64,000 bases of DNA from Eledone cirrhosa (Eukaryota): positions 23,126,001-23,190,000 of the forward strand of contig OZ024763.1 of NCBI GenBank assembly GCA_964016885.1, given 5' to 3'. Position 1 is the first letter of the stretch. Each line of letters begins with the position of its first letter. Positions 1 to 13,800 of this stretch are shown one piece after another. Made by a program: the position numbers and the translations under genes. A model generated the notes under the pieces. The model made no database searches and was not told where the DNA came from. It saw nothing but the letters and a program-made list of their open reading frames with translations.

Positions 1-1874
1 CCCCATCAGTGAAGCCCTTTAGTATAGGTCAACTGGGAAATTATAACATACATAACCCCATCAGTGAAGCCCTTTAGTATAGGTCAACTGGGAAATTATA
101 ACACACATAACCCTATCAGTGAAGCCCTTTAGTATAGGTGAACTGGGAAATTATAACATACCAACCCCATCAGTGAAGCCCTTTAGTATAGGTGAACTGG
201 GAAATTATAACATACGTAACCCTATCAGTGAAGCCCTTTAGTATAGGTGAACTGGGAAATTATAACACACATAACCCCATCAGTGAAGCCCTTTAGTATA
301 GGTCAACTGCGAAATTATAACACACATAACCCCATCAGTGAAGCCCTTTAGTATAGGTGAACTGGGAAATTATAACACACATAACCCCATCAGTGAAGCC
401 CTTTAGTATAGGTCAACTGGGAAATTATAACATACATAACCCCATCAGTGAAGCCCTTTAGTATAGGTCAACTGGGAAATTATAACATACATAACCCTAT
501 CAGTGAAGCCCTTTAGTATAGGTCAACTGGGAAATTATAACACACATAACCCTATCAGTAAAGCCCTTTAGTATAGGTCAACTGGGAAATTATAACACAT
601 GACCCTATCAGTGAAGCCCTTTAGTATAGGTCAACTGGGAAATTATAACACACATAACCCTATCAGTAAAGCCCTTTAGTATAGGTCAACTGGGAAATTA
701 TAACACACATAACCCCATCAGTGAAGCCCTTCAGTATAGGTCAACTGGGAAATTATAACACACATAACCCCATCAGTGAAGCCCTTTAGTATAGGTCAAC
801 TGGGAAATTATAACACACAAAACCCCATCAGTGAAGCCCTTTAGTATAGGTCAACTGGGAAAGTATAACATACATAACCCCATCAGTGAAGCCCTTTAGT
901 ATAGGTCAACTGGGAAATTATAACACACATAACCCTATCAGTGAAGCCCTTTAGTATAGGTCAACTGGGAAATTATAACATACATAACCCTATCAGTGAA
1001 GCCCTTTAGTATAGGTTAACTTGGAAATTATAACACACATAACCCTATCAGTGAAGCCCTTTAGTATAGGTGAACTGGGAAATTATAACATACTAACCCC
1101 ATCAGTGAAGCCCTTTAGTATAGGTCAACTGGGAAATTATAACATACTTAACCCTATCAGTAAAGCCCTTTAGTATATGTCATCTGGGAAATTATAACGT
1201 ACATAACCGTATCAGTAAAGCCCTTTAGTATAGGTCAACTGGGAAATTATAACACATAACCCTATCAGTGAAGCCCTTTAGTATAGGTCAACTGGGAAAT
1301 TATAACACACATAACCCTATCAGTGAAGCCCTTTAGTATAGGTCAACTGGGAAATTATAACACATATAACCCTATCAGTGAAGCCCTTCAGTATAGGTCA
1401 ACTGGGAAATTATAACACACATAACCCTATCAGTGAAGCCCTTTAATATAGGTCAACTGGTAAATTATAACACACATAACCCTATCAGTGAAGCCCTTTA
1501 ATATAGGTCAACTGGGAAATTATAACACACATAACCCTATCAGAAAAGCCCTTTAGTATAGGTCAACTGGGAAATTATAACACATAACCCTATCAGTGAA
1601 GCCCTTTAGTATAGGTCAACTGGGAAATTATAACACACATAACCCTATCAGTGAAGCCCTTTAGTATAGGTCAACTGGGAAATTATAACATACATAACAC
1701 TATCAGTAAAGCCTTTTAGTATAGGTCAACTGGGAAATTATAACACATAACCCTATCAGTGAAACCCTTTAGTATAGGTCAACTGGGAAATTATAACACA
1801 CATAACCCTATCAGTAAAGCCCTTTAGTATAGGTCAACTAGGAAATTATAACACACATAACCCCATCAGTAAAG

Positions 1875-4800
1875 CCCTTCAGTATAGGTCAACTGGGAAA
1901 TTATAACACACATAACCCCATCAGTGAAGCCCTTTAGTATAGGTGAACTGGGAAATTATAACATACATAACCCTATCAGTGAAGCCCTTTAGTATAGGTT
2001 AACTTGGAAATTATAACACACATAACCCTATCAGTGAAGCTCTTTAGTATAGGTCAAATGGGAAATTATAACACACATAACCCCATCAGTGAAGCCATTT
2101 AGTATAGGTCAACTGCGAAATTATAACACACATAACCCTATCAGTGAAGCCCTTTAGTATAGGTGAACTGGGAAATTATAACATACTAACCCCATCAGTG
2201 AAGCCCTTTAGTATAGGTCAACTGGGAAATTATAACATACATAACCCTATCAGTAAAGCCCTTTAGTATATGTCAACTTGGGAAATTATAACGTACATAA
2301 CCGTATCAGTAAAGCCCTTTAGTATAGGTCAACTGGGAAATTATAACACATAACCCTATCAGTGAAGCCCTTTAGTATAGGTCAACTGGGAAATTATAAC
2401 ATACATAACCCCATCAGTGAAGCCCTTTAGTATAGGTCAACTGGGAAATTATAACACACATAACCCCATCAGTGAAGCCCTTTAGTATAGGTCAACTGGG
2501 AAATTATAACATACATAACCCTATCAGTGAAGCCCTTTAGTATAGGTCAACTGGGAAATTACAACACACATAACCCCATCAGTGAAGCCCTTTAGTATAG
2601 GTCAACTGGGAAATTATAACACACATAATCCCATCAGTGAAGCCCTTTAGTATAGGTCAACTGGGAAATTATAACATACATAACCCCATCAGTGAAGCCC
2701 TTTAGTATAGGTCAACTGGGAAATTATGACATACATAACCCTATCAGTGAAGCCCTTTAGTATAGGTCAACTGGGAAATTATAACATACATAACCCTATC
2801 AGTGAAGCCCTTTAGTATAGGTCAACTGGGATATTATAACACACATAACCCCATCAGTGAAGCCCTTTAGTATAGGTCAACTGGGAAATTATAACACACA
2901 TAACCCTATCAGTGAAGCCCTTTAGTATAGGTCAACTTGGAAAATGATAACACACATAACCCCATCAGTGAAGCCCTTTAGTATAGGTCAACTGGGAAAT
3001 TATAACACACATAACCCCATCAGTAAAGCCCTTTAGTATAGGTCAACTGGGAAATTATAACACACATAACCCTATCAGTGAAGCCCTTTAGTATAGGTCA
3101 ACTGGGAAATTATAACACACATAACCCTATCAGTGAAGCCCTTTAGTATAGGTGAACTGGGAAATTATAACACATAACCCTATCAGTGAAGCCCTTTAGT
3201 ATAGGTCAACTGGGAAATTATAACACACATAACCTCATCAGTATAGGTCAACTGGGAAATTATAACACACATAACCCTATCAGTGAAGCCCTTTAATATA
3301 GGTCAACTGGGAAATTATAACACACATAACCCTATCAGAAAAACCCTTTAGTATAGGTCAACTGGGAAATTATAACACATAACCCTATCAGTGAAGCCCT
3401 TTAGTATAGGTCAACTGGGAAATTATAACACACATAACCCTATCAGTAAAGCCCTTTAGTATAGGTCAACTGGGAAATTATAACATACTAACCCCATCAG
3501 TGAAGCCCTTTAGTATAGGTCAACTGGGAAATTATAACACATAACCCTATCAGTGAAGCCCTTTAGTATAGGTCAACTGGGAAATTATAACACACATAAC
3601 CCTATCAGTGAAGCCCTTTAGTATAGGTCAACTGGGAAATTATAACACACATAACCCCATCAGTGAAGCCATCCAGTATAGGTCAACTGGGAAATTATAA
3701 CACACATAACCCCATCAGTGAAGACCTTTAGTATAGGTCAACTGGGAAATTATAACATACTAACCCCATCAGTGAAGCCCTTTAGTATAGGTGAACTGGG
3801 AAATTATAACATACTAACCCCATCAGTGAAGCCCTTTAGTATAGGTCAACTGGGAAATTATAACATACATAACCCTATCAGTGAAGCCCTTTAGTATAGG
3901 TCAACTGGGAAATTACAACACACATAACCCCATCAGTGAAGCCCTTTAGTATAGGTCAACTGGGAAATTATAACACACATAATCCCATCAGTGAAGCCCT
4001 TTAGTATAGGTAAACTGGGAAATTATAACATACATAACCCCATCAGTGAAGCCCTTTAGTATAGGTCAACTGGGAAATTATAACACACATAACCCTATCA
4101 GTGAAGCCCTTTAGTATAGGTGAACTGGGAAATTATAACATACTAACCCCATCAGTGAAGCCCTTTAGTATAGGTCAACTGGGAAATTATAACATACATA
4201 ACCCTATCAGTAAAGCCGTTTAGTATAGGTGAACTGGGAAATTATAACACACATAACCCCATCAGTGAAGCCCTTTAGTATAGGTCAACTGGGAAATTAT
4301 AACACACATAACCCTATCAGTAAAGCCCTTTAGTATAGGTCAACTGGGAAATTATAACACACATACCCCTATCAGTAAAGCCCTTTAGTATAGGTCAACT
4401 AGGAAATTATAACACACATAACCCCATCAGTGAAGCCCTTCAGTATAGGTCAACTGGGAAATTATAACACACATAACCCCATCAGTGAAGCCCTTTAGTA
4501 TAGGTGAACTGGAAAATTATAACACACATAACCCCATCAGTGAAGCCCTTTAGTATAGGTCAACTGGGAAATTATAACACACATAACCCCATCAGTGAAG
4601 CCCTTTAGTATAGGTCAACTGGGAAATTATAAAACACATAACCCCATCAGTGAAGCCCTTTAGTATAGGTCAACTGGGAAATTATAACATACATAACCCC
4701 ATCAGTGAAGCCCTTTAGTATAGGTCAACTGGGAAATTATAACATACATAACCCCATCAGTGAAGCCCTTTAGTATAGGTCAACTGGGAAATTATAACAC

Positions 4801-7800
4801 ACATAACCCCATCAGTGAAGCCCTTTAGTATAGGTCAACTGGGAAAGTATAACATACATAACCCATCAGTGAAGCCCTTTAGTATAGGTCAACTGGGAAA
4901 TTATAACACACATAACCCTATCAGTGAAGCCCTTTAGTATAGGTCAACTGGGAAATTATAACATACATAACCCTATCAGTGAAGCCCTTTAGTATAGGTT
5001 AACTTGGAAATTATAACACACATAACCCTATCAGTGAAGCCCTTTAGCATAGGTCAACTGGGAAATTATAACACACATAACCCCATCAGTGAAGCCCTTT
5101 AGTATAGATCAACTGCAAAATTATAACACACATAACCCGATCAGTGAAGCCCTTTAGTATAGGTGAACTGGGAAATTATAACACATAACCCTATCAGTGA
5201 AGCCCTTTAGTATAGGTCAACTGGGAAATTATAACACACATAACCTCATCAGTATAGGTCAACTGGGAAATTATAACACACATAACCCTATCAGTGAAGC
5301 CCTTTAATATAGGTCAACTGGGAAATTATAACACACATAACCCTATCAGAAAAACCCTTTAGTATAGGTCAACTGGGAAATTATAACACATAACCCTATC
5401 AGTGAAGCCCTTTAGTATAGGTCAACTGGGAAATTATAACACACATAACCCTATCAGTAAAGCCCTTTAGTATAGGTCAACTGGGAAATTATAACATACT
5501 AACCCCATCAGTGAAGCCCTTTAGTATAGGTCAACTGGGAAATTATAACACATAACCCTATCAGTGAAGCCCTTTAGTATAGGTCAACTGGGAAATTATA
5601 ACACACATAACCCTATCAGTGAAGCCCTTTAGTATAGGTCAACTGGGAAATTATAACACACATAACCCCATCAGTGAAGCCATCCAGTATAGGTCAACTG
5701 GGAAATTATAACACACATAACCCCATCAGTGAAGACCTTTAGTATAGGTCAACTGGGAAATTATAACATACTAACCCCATCAGTGAAGCCCTTTAGTATA
5801 GGTGAACTGGGAAATTATAACATACTAACCCCATCAGTGAAGCCCTTTAGTATAGGTCAACTGGGAAATTATAACATACATAACCCTATCAGTGAAGCCC
5901 TTTAGTATAGGTCAACTGGGAAATTACAACACACATAACCCCATCAGTGAAGCCCTTTAGTATAGGTCAACTGGGAAATTATAACACACATAATCCCATC
6001 AGTGAAGCCCTTTAGTATAGGTCAACTGGGAAATTATAACATACATAACCCCATCAGTGAAGCCCTTTAGTATAGGTCAACTGGGAAATTATAACACACA
6101 TAACCCTATCAGTGAAGCCCTTTAGTATAGGTGAACTGGGAAATTATAACATACTAACCCCATCAGTGAAGCCCTTTAGTATAGGTCAACTGGGAAATTA
6201 TAACATACATAACCCTATCAGTAAAGCCGTTTAGTATAGGTGAACTGGGAAATTATAACACACATAACCCCATCAGTGAAGCCCTTTAGTATAGGTCAAC
6301 TGGGAAATTATAACACACATAACCCTATCAGTAAAGCCCTTTAGTATAGGTCAACTGGGAAATTATAACACACATACCCCTATCAGTAAAGCCCTTTAGT
6401 ATAGGTCAACTAGGAAATTATAACACACATAACCCCATCAGTGAAGCCCTTCAGTATAGGTCAACTGGGAAATTATAACACACATAACCCCATCAGTGAA
6501 GCCCTTTAGTATAGGTGAACTGGAAAATTATAACACACATAACCCCATCAGTGAAGCCCTTTAGTATAGGTCAACTGGGAAATTATAACACACATAACCC
6601 CATCAGTGAAGCCCTTTAGTATAGGTCAACTGGGAAATTATAAAACACATAACCCCATCAGTGAAGCCCTTTAGTATAGGTCAACTGGGAAATTATAACA
6701 TACATAACCCCATCAGTGAAGCCCTTTAGTATAGGTCAACTGGGAAATTATAACATACATAACCCCATCAGTGAAGCCCTTTAGTATAGGTCAACTGGGA
6801 AATTATAACACACATAACCCCATCAGTGAAGCCCTTTAGTATAGGTCAACTGGGAAAGTATAACATACATAACCCATCAGTGAAGCCCTTTAGTATAGGT
6901 CAACTGGGAAATTATAACACACATAACCCTATCAGTGAAGCCCTTTAGTATAGGTCAACTGGGAAATTATAACATACATAACCCTATCAGTGAAGCCCTT
7001 TAGTATAGGTTAACTTGGAAATTATAACACACATAACCCTATCAGTGAAGCCCTTTAGCATAGGTCAACTGGGAAATTATAACACACATAACCCCATCAG
7101 TGAAGCCCTTTAGTATAGATCAACTGCAAAATTATAACACACATAACCCGATCAGTGAAGCCCTTTAGTATAGGTGAACTGGGAAATTATAACATACTAA
7201 CCCCATCAGTGAAGCCCTTTAGTATAGGTCAACTGGGAAATTATAACATACTTAACCCTATCAGTAAAGCCCTTTAGTATATGTCATCTGGGAAATTATA
7301 ACGTACATAACCGTATCAGTAAAGCCCTTTAGTATAGGTCAACTGGGAAATTATAACACATAACCATATCAGTGAAGCCCTTTAGTATAGGTCAACTGGG
7401 AAATTATAACACACATAACCCTATCAGTAAAGCCCTTTTGTATAGGTCAACTAGGAAATTATAACACACATAACCCCATCAGTGAAGCCCTTCAGTATAG
7501 GTCAACTGGGAAATTATAACACACATAACCCCATCAGTGAAGCCCTTTAGTATAGGTCAACTGGGAAATTATAACACACATAACCCCATCAGTGAAGCCC
7601 TTTAGTATAGGTCAACTGGGAAATTATAACACACATAACCCCATCAGTTAAGCCCTTTAGTATAGGTCAACTGCGAAATTATAACACACATAACCCCATC
7701 AGTGAAGCCCTTTAGTATAGGTCAACTGGGAAATTATAACATACATAACCCTATCAGTAAAGCCCTTTAGTATAGGTCAACTGGGAAATTATAACATACA

Positions 7801-10800
7801 TAACCCTATCAGTGAAGCCCTTCAGTATAGGTCAACTGGGAAATTATAACACACATAACCCTATCAGTGAAGCCCTTTAATATAGGTCAACTGGGAAATT
7901 ATAACACACATAACCCTATCAGTGAAGCCCTTTAATATAGGTCAACTGCGAAATTATAACACACATAACCCTATCAGAAAAGCCCTTTAGTATAGGTCAA
8001 CTGGGAAATTATAACACATAACCCTATCAGTGAAGCCCTTTAGTATAGGTCAACTGGGAAATTATAACACACATAACCCTATCAGTGAAGCCCTTTAGTA
8101 TAGGTCAACTGGGAAATTATAACATACATAACACTATCAGTAAAGCCCTTTAGTATAGGTCAACTGGGAAATTATAACACATAACCCTATCAGTGAAGCC
8201 CTTTAGTATAGGTCAACTAGGAAAGTATAACACACATAACCCCATCAGTGAAGCCCTTCAGTATAGGTCAACTGGGAATTTATAACACACATAACCCCAT
8301 CAGTGAAGCCCTTTAGTATAGGTGAACTGGGAAATTATAACATACATAACCCTATCAGTGAAGCCCTTTAGTATAGGTTAACTTGGAAATTATAACACAC
8401 ATAACCCTATCAGTGAAGCTCTTTAGTATAGGTCAAATTTGAAATTATAACACACATAACCCCGTCAGTGAAGCCCTTTAGTATAGGTCAACTGCGAAAT
8501 TATAACACACATAACCCTATCAGTGAAGCCCTTTAGTATAGGTGAACTGGGAAATTATAACATACTAACCCCATCAGTGAAGCCCTTTAGTATAGGTCAA
8601 CTGGGAAATTATAACATACATAACCCTATCAGTAAAGCCCTTTAGTATATGTCAACTGGGAAATTATAACGTACATAACCGTATCAGTAAAGCCCTTTAG
8701 TATAGGTCAACTGGGAAATTATAACACATAACCCCATCAGTGAAGCCCTTTAGTATAGGTCAACTGGGAAATTATAACACACATAACCCTATCAGTGAAG
8801 CCCTTTAGTATAGGTCAACTGGGAAATTATAACACACATAACCCCATCAGTGAAGCCCTTTAGTATAAGTCAACTGGGAAATTATAACATACATAACACT
8901 ATCAGTAAAGCCCTTTAGTATAGGTCAACTGGGAAATTATAAAACATAACCCTATCAGTGAAGCCCTTTAGTATAGGTCAACTGGGAAATTATAACACAC
9001 ATAACCCTATCAGTAAAGCCCTTTAGTATAGGTCAACTAGGAAATTATAACACACATAACCCCATCAGTGAAGCTCTTCAGTATAGGTCAACTGGGAATT
9101 TATAACACACATAACCCCATCAGTGAAGCCCTTTAGTATAGGTGAACTGGGAAATTATAACATACATAACCCTATCAGTGAAGCCCTTTAGTATAGGTTA
9201 ACTTGGAAATTATAACACACATAACCCCGTCAGTGAAGCCCTTTAGTATAGGTCAACTGCGAAATTATAACACACATAACCCTATCAGTGAAGCCCTTTA
9301 GTATAGGTGAACTGGGAAATTATAACATACTAACCCCATCAGTGAAGCCCTTTAGTATAGGTCAACTGGGAAATTATAACATACATAACCCTATCAGTAA
9401 AGCCCTTTAGTATATGTCAACTGGGAAATTATAACGTACATAACCGTATCAGTAAAGCCCTTTAGTATAGGTCAACTGGGAAATTATAACACATAACCCC
9501 ATCAGTGAAGCCCTTTAGTATAGGTCAACTGGGAAATTATAACATACATAACCCTATCAGTAAAGCCCTTTAGTATAGGTCAACTGGGAAATTATAACAC
9601 ACATAACCCTATCAGTGAAGCCCTTTAGTATAGGTCAACTGGGAAATTATAACACACATAACCCTATCAGTGAAGCCCTTTAGTATAGGTGAACTGGGAA
9701 ATTATAACACATAACCCTATCAGTGAAGCCCTTTAGTATAGGTCAACTGGGAAATTATAACACACATAACCTCATCAGTAAAGCCCTTTAGTATAGGTCA
9801 ACTGGGAAATTATAACACACATAACCCTATCAGTGAAGCCCTTTAATATAGGTCAACTGGGAAATTATAAAACACATAACCCTATCAGAAAAACCCTTTA
9901 GTATAGGTCAACTGGGAAATTATAACACATAACCCTATCAGTGAAGCCCTTTAGTATAGGTCAACTGGGAAATTATAACACACATAACCCTATCAGTAAA
10001 GCCCTTTAGTATAGGTCAACTGGGAAATTATAACATACTAACCCCATCAGTGAAGCCCTTTAGTATAGGTCAACTGGGAAATTATAACACATAACCCTAT
10101 CAGTGAAGCCCTTTAGTATAGGTCAACTGGGAAATTATAACACACATAACCCTATCAGTGAAGCCCTTTAGTATAGGTCAACTGGGAAATTATAACACAC
10201 ATAACCCCATCAGTGAAGCCATCCAGTATAGGTCAACTGGGAAATTATAACACATATAACCCCATCAGTGAAGCCCTTTAGTATAGGTCAACTGGGAAAT
10301 TATAACATACTAACCCCATCAGTGAAGCCCTTTAGTATAGGTGAACTGGGAAATTATAACATACTAACCCCATCAGTGAAGCCCTTTAGTATAGGTGAAC
10401 TGGGAAATTATAACATACTAACCCCATCAGTGAAGCCCTTTAGTATAGATCAACTGGGAAATTATAACATACATAACCCTATCAGTAAAGCCGTTTAGTA
10501 TAGGTGAACTGGGAAATTATAACACACATAACCCCATCAGTGAAGCCCTTTAGTATAGGTCAACTGGGAAATTATAACACACATAACCCTATCAGTAAAG
10601 CCCTTTAGTATAGGTCAACTGGGAAATTATAACACACATAACCCTATCAGTAAAGCCCTTTAGTATAGGTCAACTAGGAAATTATAACACACATAACCCC
10701 ATCAGTGAAGCCCTTCAGTATAGGTCAACTGGGAAATTATAACACACATAACCCCATCAGTGAAGCCCTTTAGTATAGGTGAACTGGAAAATTATAACAC

Positions 10801-13800
10801 ACATAACCCCATCAGTGAAGCCCTTTAGTATAGGTCAACTGGGAAATTATAACACACATAACCCCATCAGTGAAGCCCTTTAGTATAGGTCAACTGGGAA
10901 ATTATAAAACACATAACCCCATCAGTGAAGCCCTTTAGTATAGGTCAACTGGGAAATTATAACATACATAACCCCATCAGTGAAGCCGTTTAGTATAGGT
11001 CAACTGGGAAATTATAACATACATAACCCCATCAGTGAAGCCCTTTAGTATAGGTCAACTGGGAAATTATAACACACATAACCCCATCAGTGAAGCCCTT
11101 TAGTATAGGTCAACTGGGAAAGTATAACATACATAACCCATCAGTGAAGCCCTTTAGTATAGGTCAACTGGGAAATTATAACACACATAACCCTATCAGT
11201 GAAGCCCTTTAGTATAGGTCAACTGGGAAATTATAACATACATAACCCTATCAGTGAAGCCCTTTAGTATAGGTTAACTTGGAAATTATAACACACATAA
11301 CCCTATCAGTGAAGCCCTTTAGCATAGGTCAACTGGGAAATTATAACACACATAACCCCATCAGTGAAGCCCTTTAGTATAGATCAACTGCGAAATTATA
11401 ACACACATAACCCTATCAGTGAAGCCCTTTAGTATAGGTGAACTGGGAAATTATAACATACTAACCCCATCAGTGAAGCCCTTTAGTATAGGTCAACTGG
11501 GAAATTATAACATACTTAACCCTATCAGTAAAGCCCTTTAGTATATGTCATCTGGGAAATTATAACGTACATAACCGTATCAGTAAAGCCCTTTAGTATA
11601 GGTCAACTGGGAAATTATAACACACATAACCCTATCAGTAAAGCCCTTTTGTATAGGTCAACTAGGAAATTATAACACACATAACCCCATCAGTGAAGCC
11701 CTTCAGTATAGGTCAACTGGGAAATTATAACACACATAACCCCATCAGTGAAGCCCTTTAGTATAGGTCAACTGGGAAATTATAACACACATAACCCAAT
11801 CAGTGAAGCCCTTTAGTATAGGTCAACTGGGAAATTATAACACACATAACCCCATCAGTGAAGCCCTTTAGTATAGGTCAACTGGGAAATTATAACACAC
11901 ATAACCCCATCAGTGAAGCCGTTTAGTATAGGTCAACTGGGAAATTATAACATACATAACCCTATCAGTAAAGCCCTTTAGTATAGGTCAACTGGGAAAT
12001 TATAACATACATAACCCTATCAGTGAAGCCCTTTAGTATAAGTCAACTGGGAAATTATAACACACATAACCCTATCAGTGAAGCCCTTTAGTATAGGTCA
12101 ACTGGGAAATTATAACACATATAACCCTATCAGTGAAGCCCTTCAGTATAGGTCAACTGGGAAATTATAACACACATAACCCTATCAGTGAAGCCCTTTA
12201 ATATAGGTCAACTGTGAAATTATAACACACATAACCCTATTAGAAAAGCCCTTTAGTATAGGTCAACTGGGAAATTATAACACATAACCCTATCAGTGAA
12301 GCCCTTTAGTATAGGTCAACTAGGAAATTATAACACACATAACCCCATCAGTGAAGCCCTTCAGTATAGGTCAACTGGGAATTTATAACACACATAACCC
12401 TATCAGTGAAGCCCTTTAGTATAGGTCAACTGGGAAATTATAACACACATAACCCCATCAGTGAAGCCCTTTAGTATAAGTCAACTGGGAAATTATAACA
12501 TACATAACACTATCAGTAAAGCCCTTTAGTATAGGTCAACTGGGAAATTATAAAACATAACCCTATCAGTGAAGCCCTTTAGTATAGGTCAACTGGGAAA
12601 TTATAACACACATAACCCTATCAGTAAAGCCCTTTAGTATAGGTCAACTAGGAAATTATAACACACATAACCCCATCAGTGAAGCTCTTCAGTATAGGTC
12701 AACTGGGAATTTATAACACACATAACCCCATCAGTGAAGCCCTTTAGTATAGGTGAACTGGGAAATTATAACATACATAACCCTATCAGTGAAGCCCTTT
12801 AGTATAGGTTAACTTGGAAATTATAACACACATAACCCCGTCAGTGAAGCCCTTTAGTATAGGTCAACTGCGAAATTATAACACACATAACCCTATCAGT
12901 GAAGCCCTTTAGTATAGGTGAACTGGGAAATTATAACATACTAACCCCATCAGTGAAGCCCTTTAGTATAGGTCAACTGGGAAATTATAACATACATAAC
13001 CCTATCAGTAAAGCCCTTTAGTATATGTCAACTGGGAAATTATAACGTACATAACCGTATCAGTAAAGCCCTTTAGTATAGGTCAACTGGGAAATTATAA
13101 CACATAACCCCATCAGTGAAGCCCTTTAGTATAGGTCAACTGGGAAATTATAACATACATAACCCTATCAGTAAAGCCCTTTAGTATAGGTCAACTGGGA
13201 AATTATAACACACATAACCCTATCAGTGAAGCCCTTTAGTATAGGTCAACTGGGAAATTATAACACACATAACCCTATCAGTGAAGCCCTTTAGTATAGG
13301 TGAACTGGGAAATTATAACACATAACCCTATCAGTGAAGCCCTTTAGTATAGGTCAACTGGGAAATTATAACACACATAACCTCACCAGTAAAGCCCTTT
13401 AGTATAGGTCAACTGGGAAATTATAACACACATAACCCTATCAGTGAAGCCCTTTAATATAGGTCAACTGGGAAATTATAAAACACATAACCCTATCAGA
13501 AAAACCCTTTAGTATAGGTCAACTGGGAAATTATAACACATAACCCTATCAGTGAAGCCCTTTAGTATAGGTCAACTGGGAAATTATAACACACATAACC
13601 CTATCAGTAAAGCCCTTTAGTATAGGTCAACTGGGAAATTATAACATACTAACCCCATCAGTGAAGCCCTTTAGTATAGGTCAACTGGGAAATTATAACA
13701 CATAACCCTATCAGTGAAGCCCTTTAGTATAGGTCAACTGGGAAATTATAACACACATAACCCTATCAGTGAAGCCCTTTAGTATAGGTCAACTGGGAAA

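Noticed and set aside
1-55. Hammerhead-ribozyme satellite (minus-strand CTGATGG/CTGATAG)
   Set aside because: Does not match the CUGANGA core, and no GAAA/stem arrangement is present on that strand.
108-115. Telomere-like TAACCCTA in many monomers
   Set aside because: Only about 1.3 units, never tandem, and half of the monomers read TAACCCCA. Insufficient for a telomeric origin.
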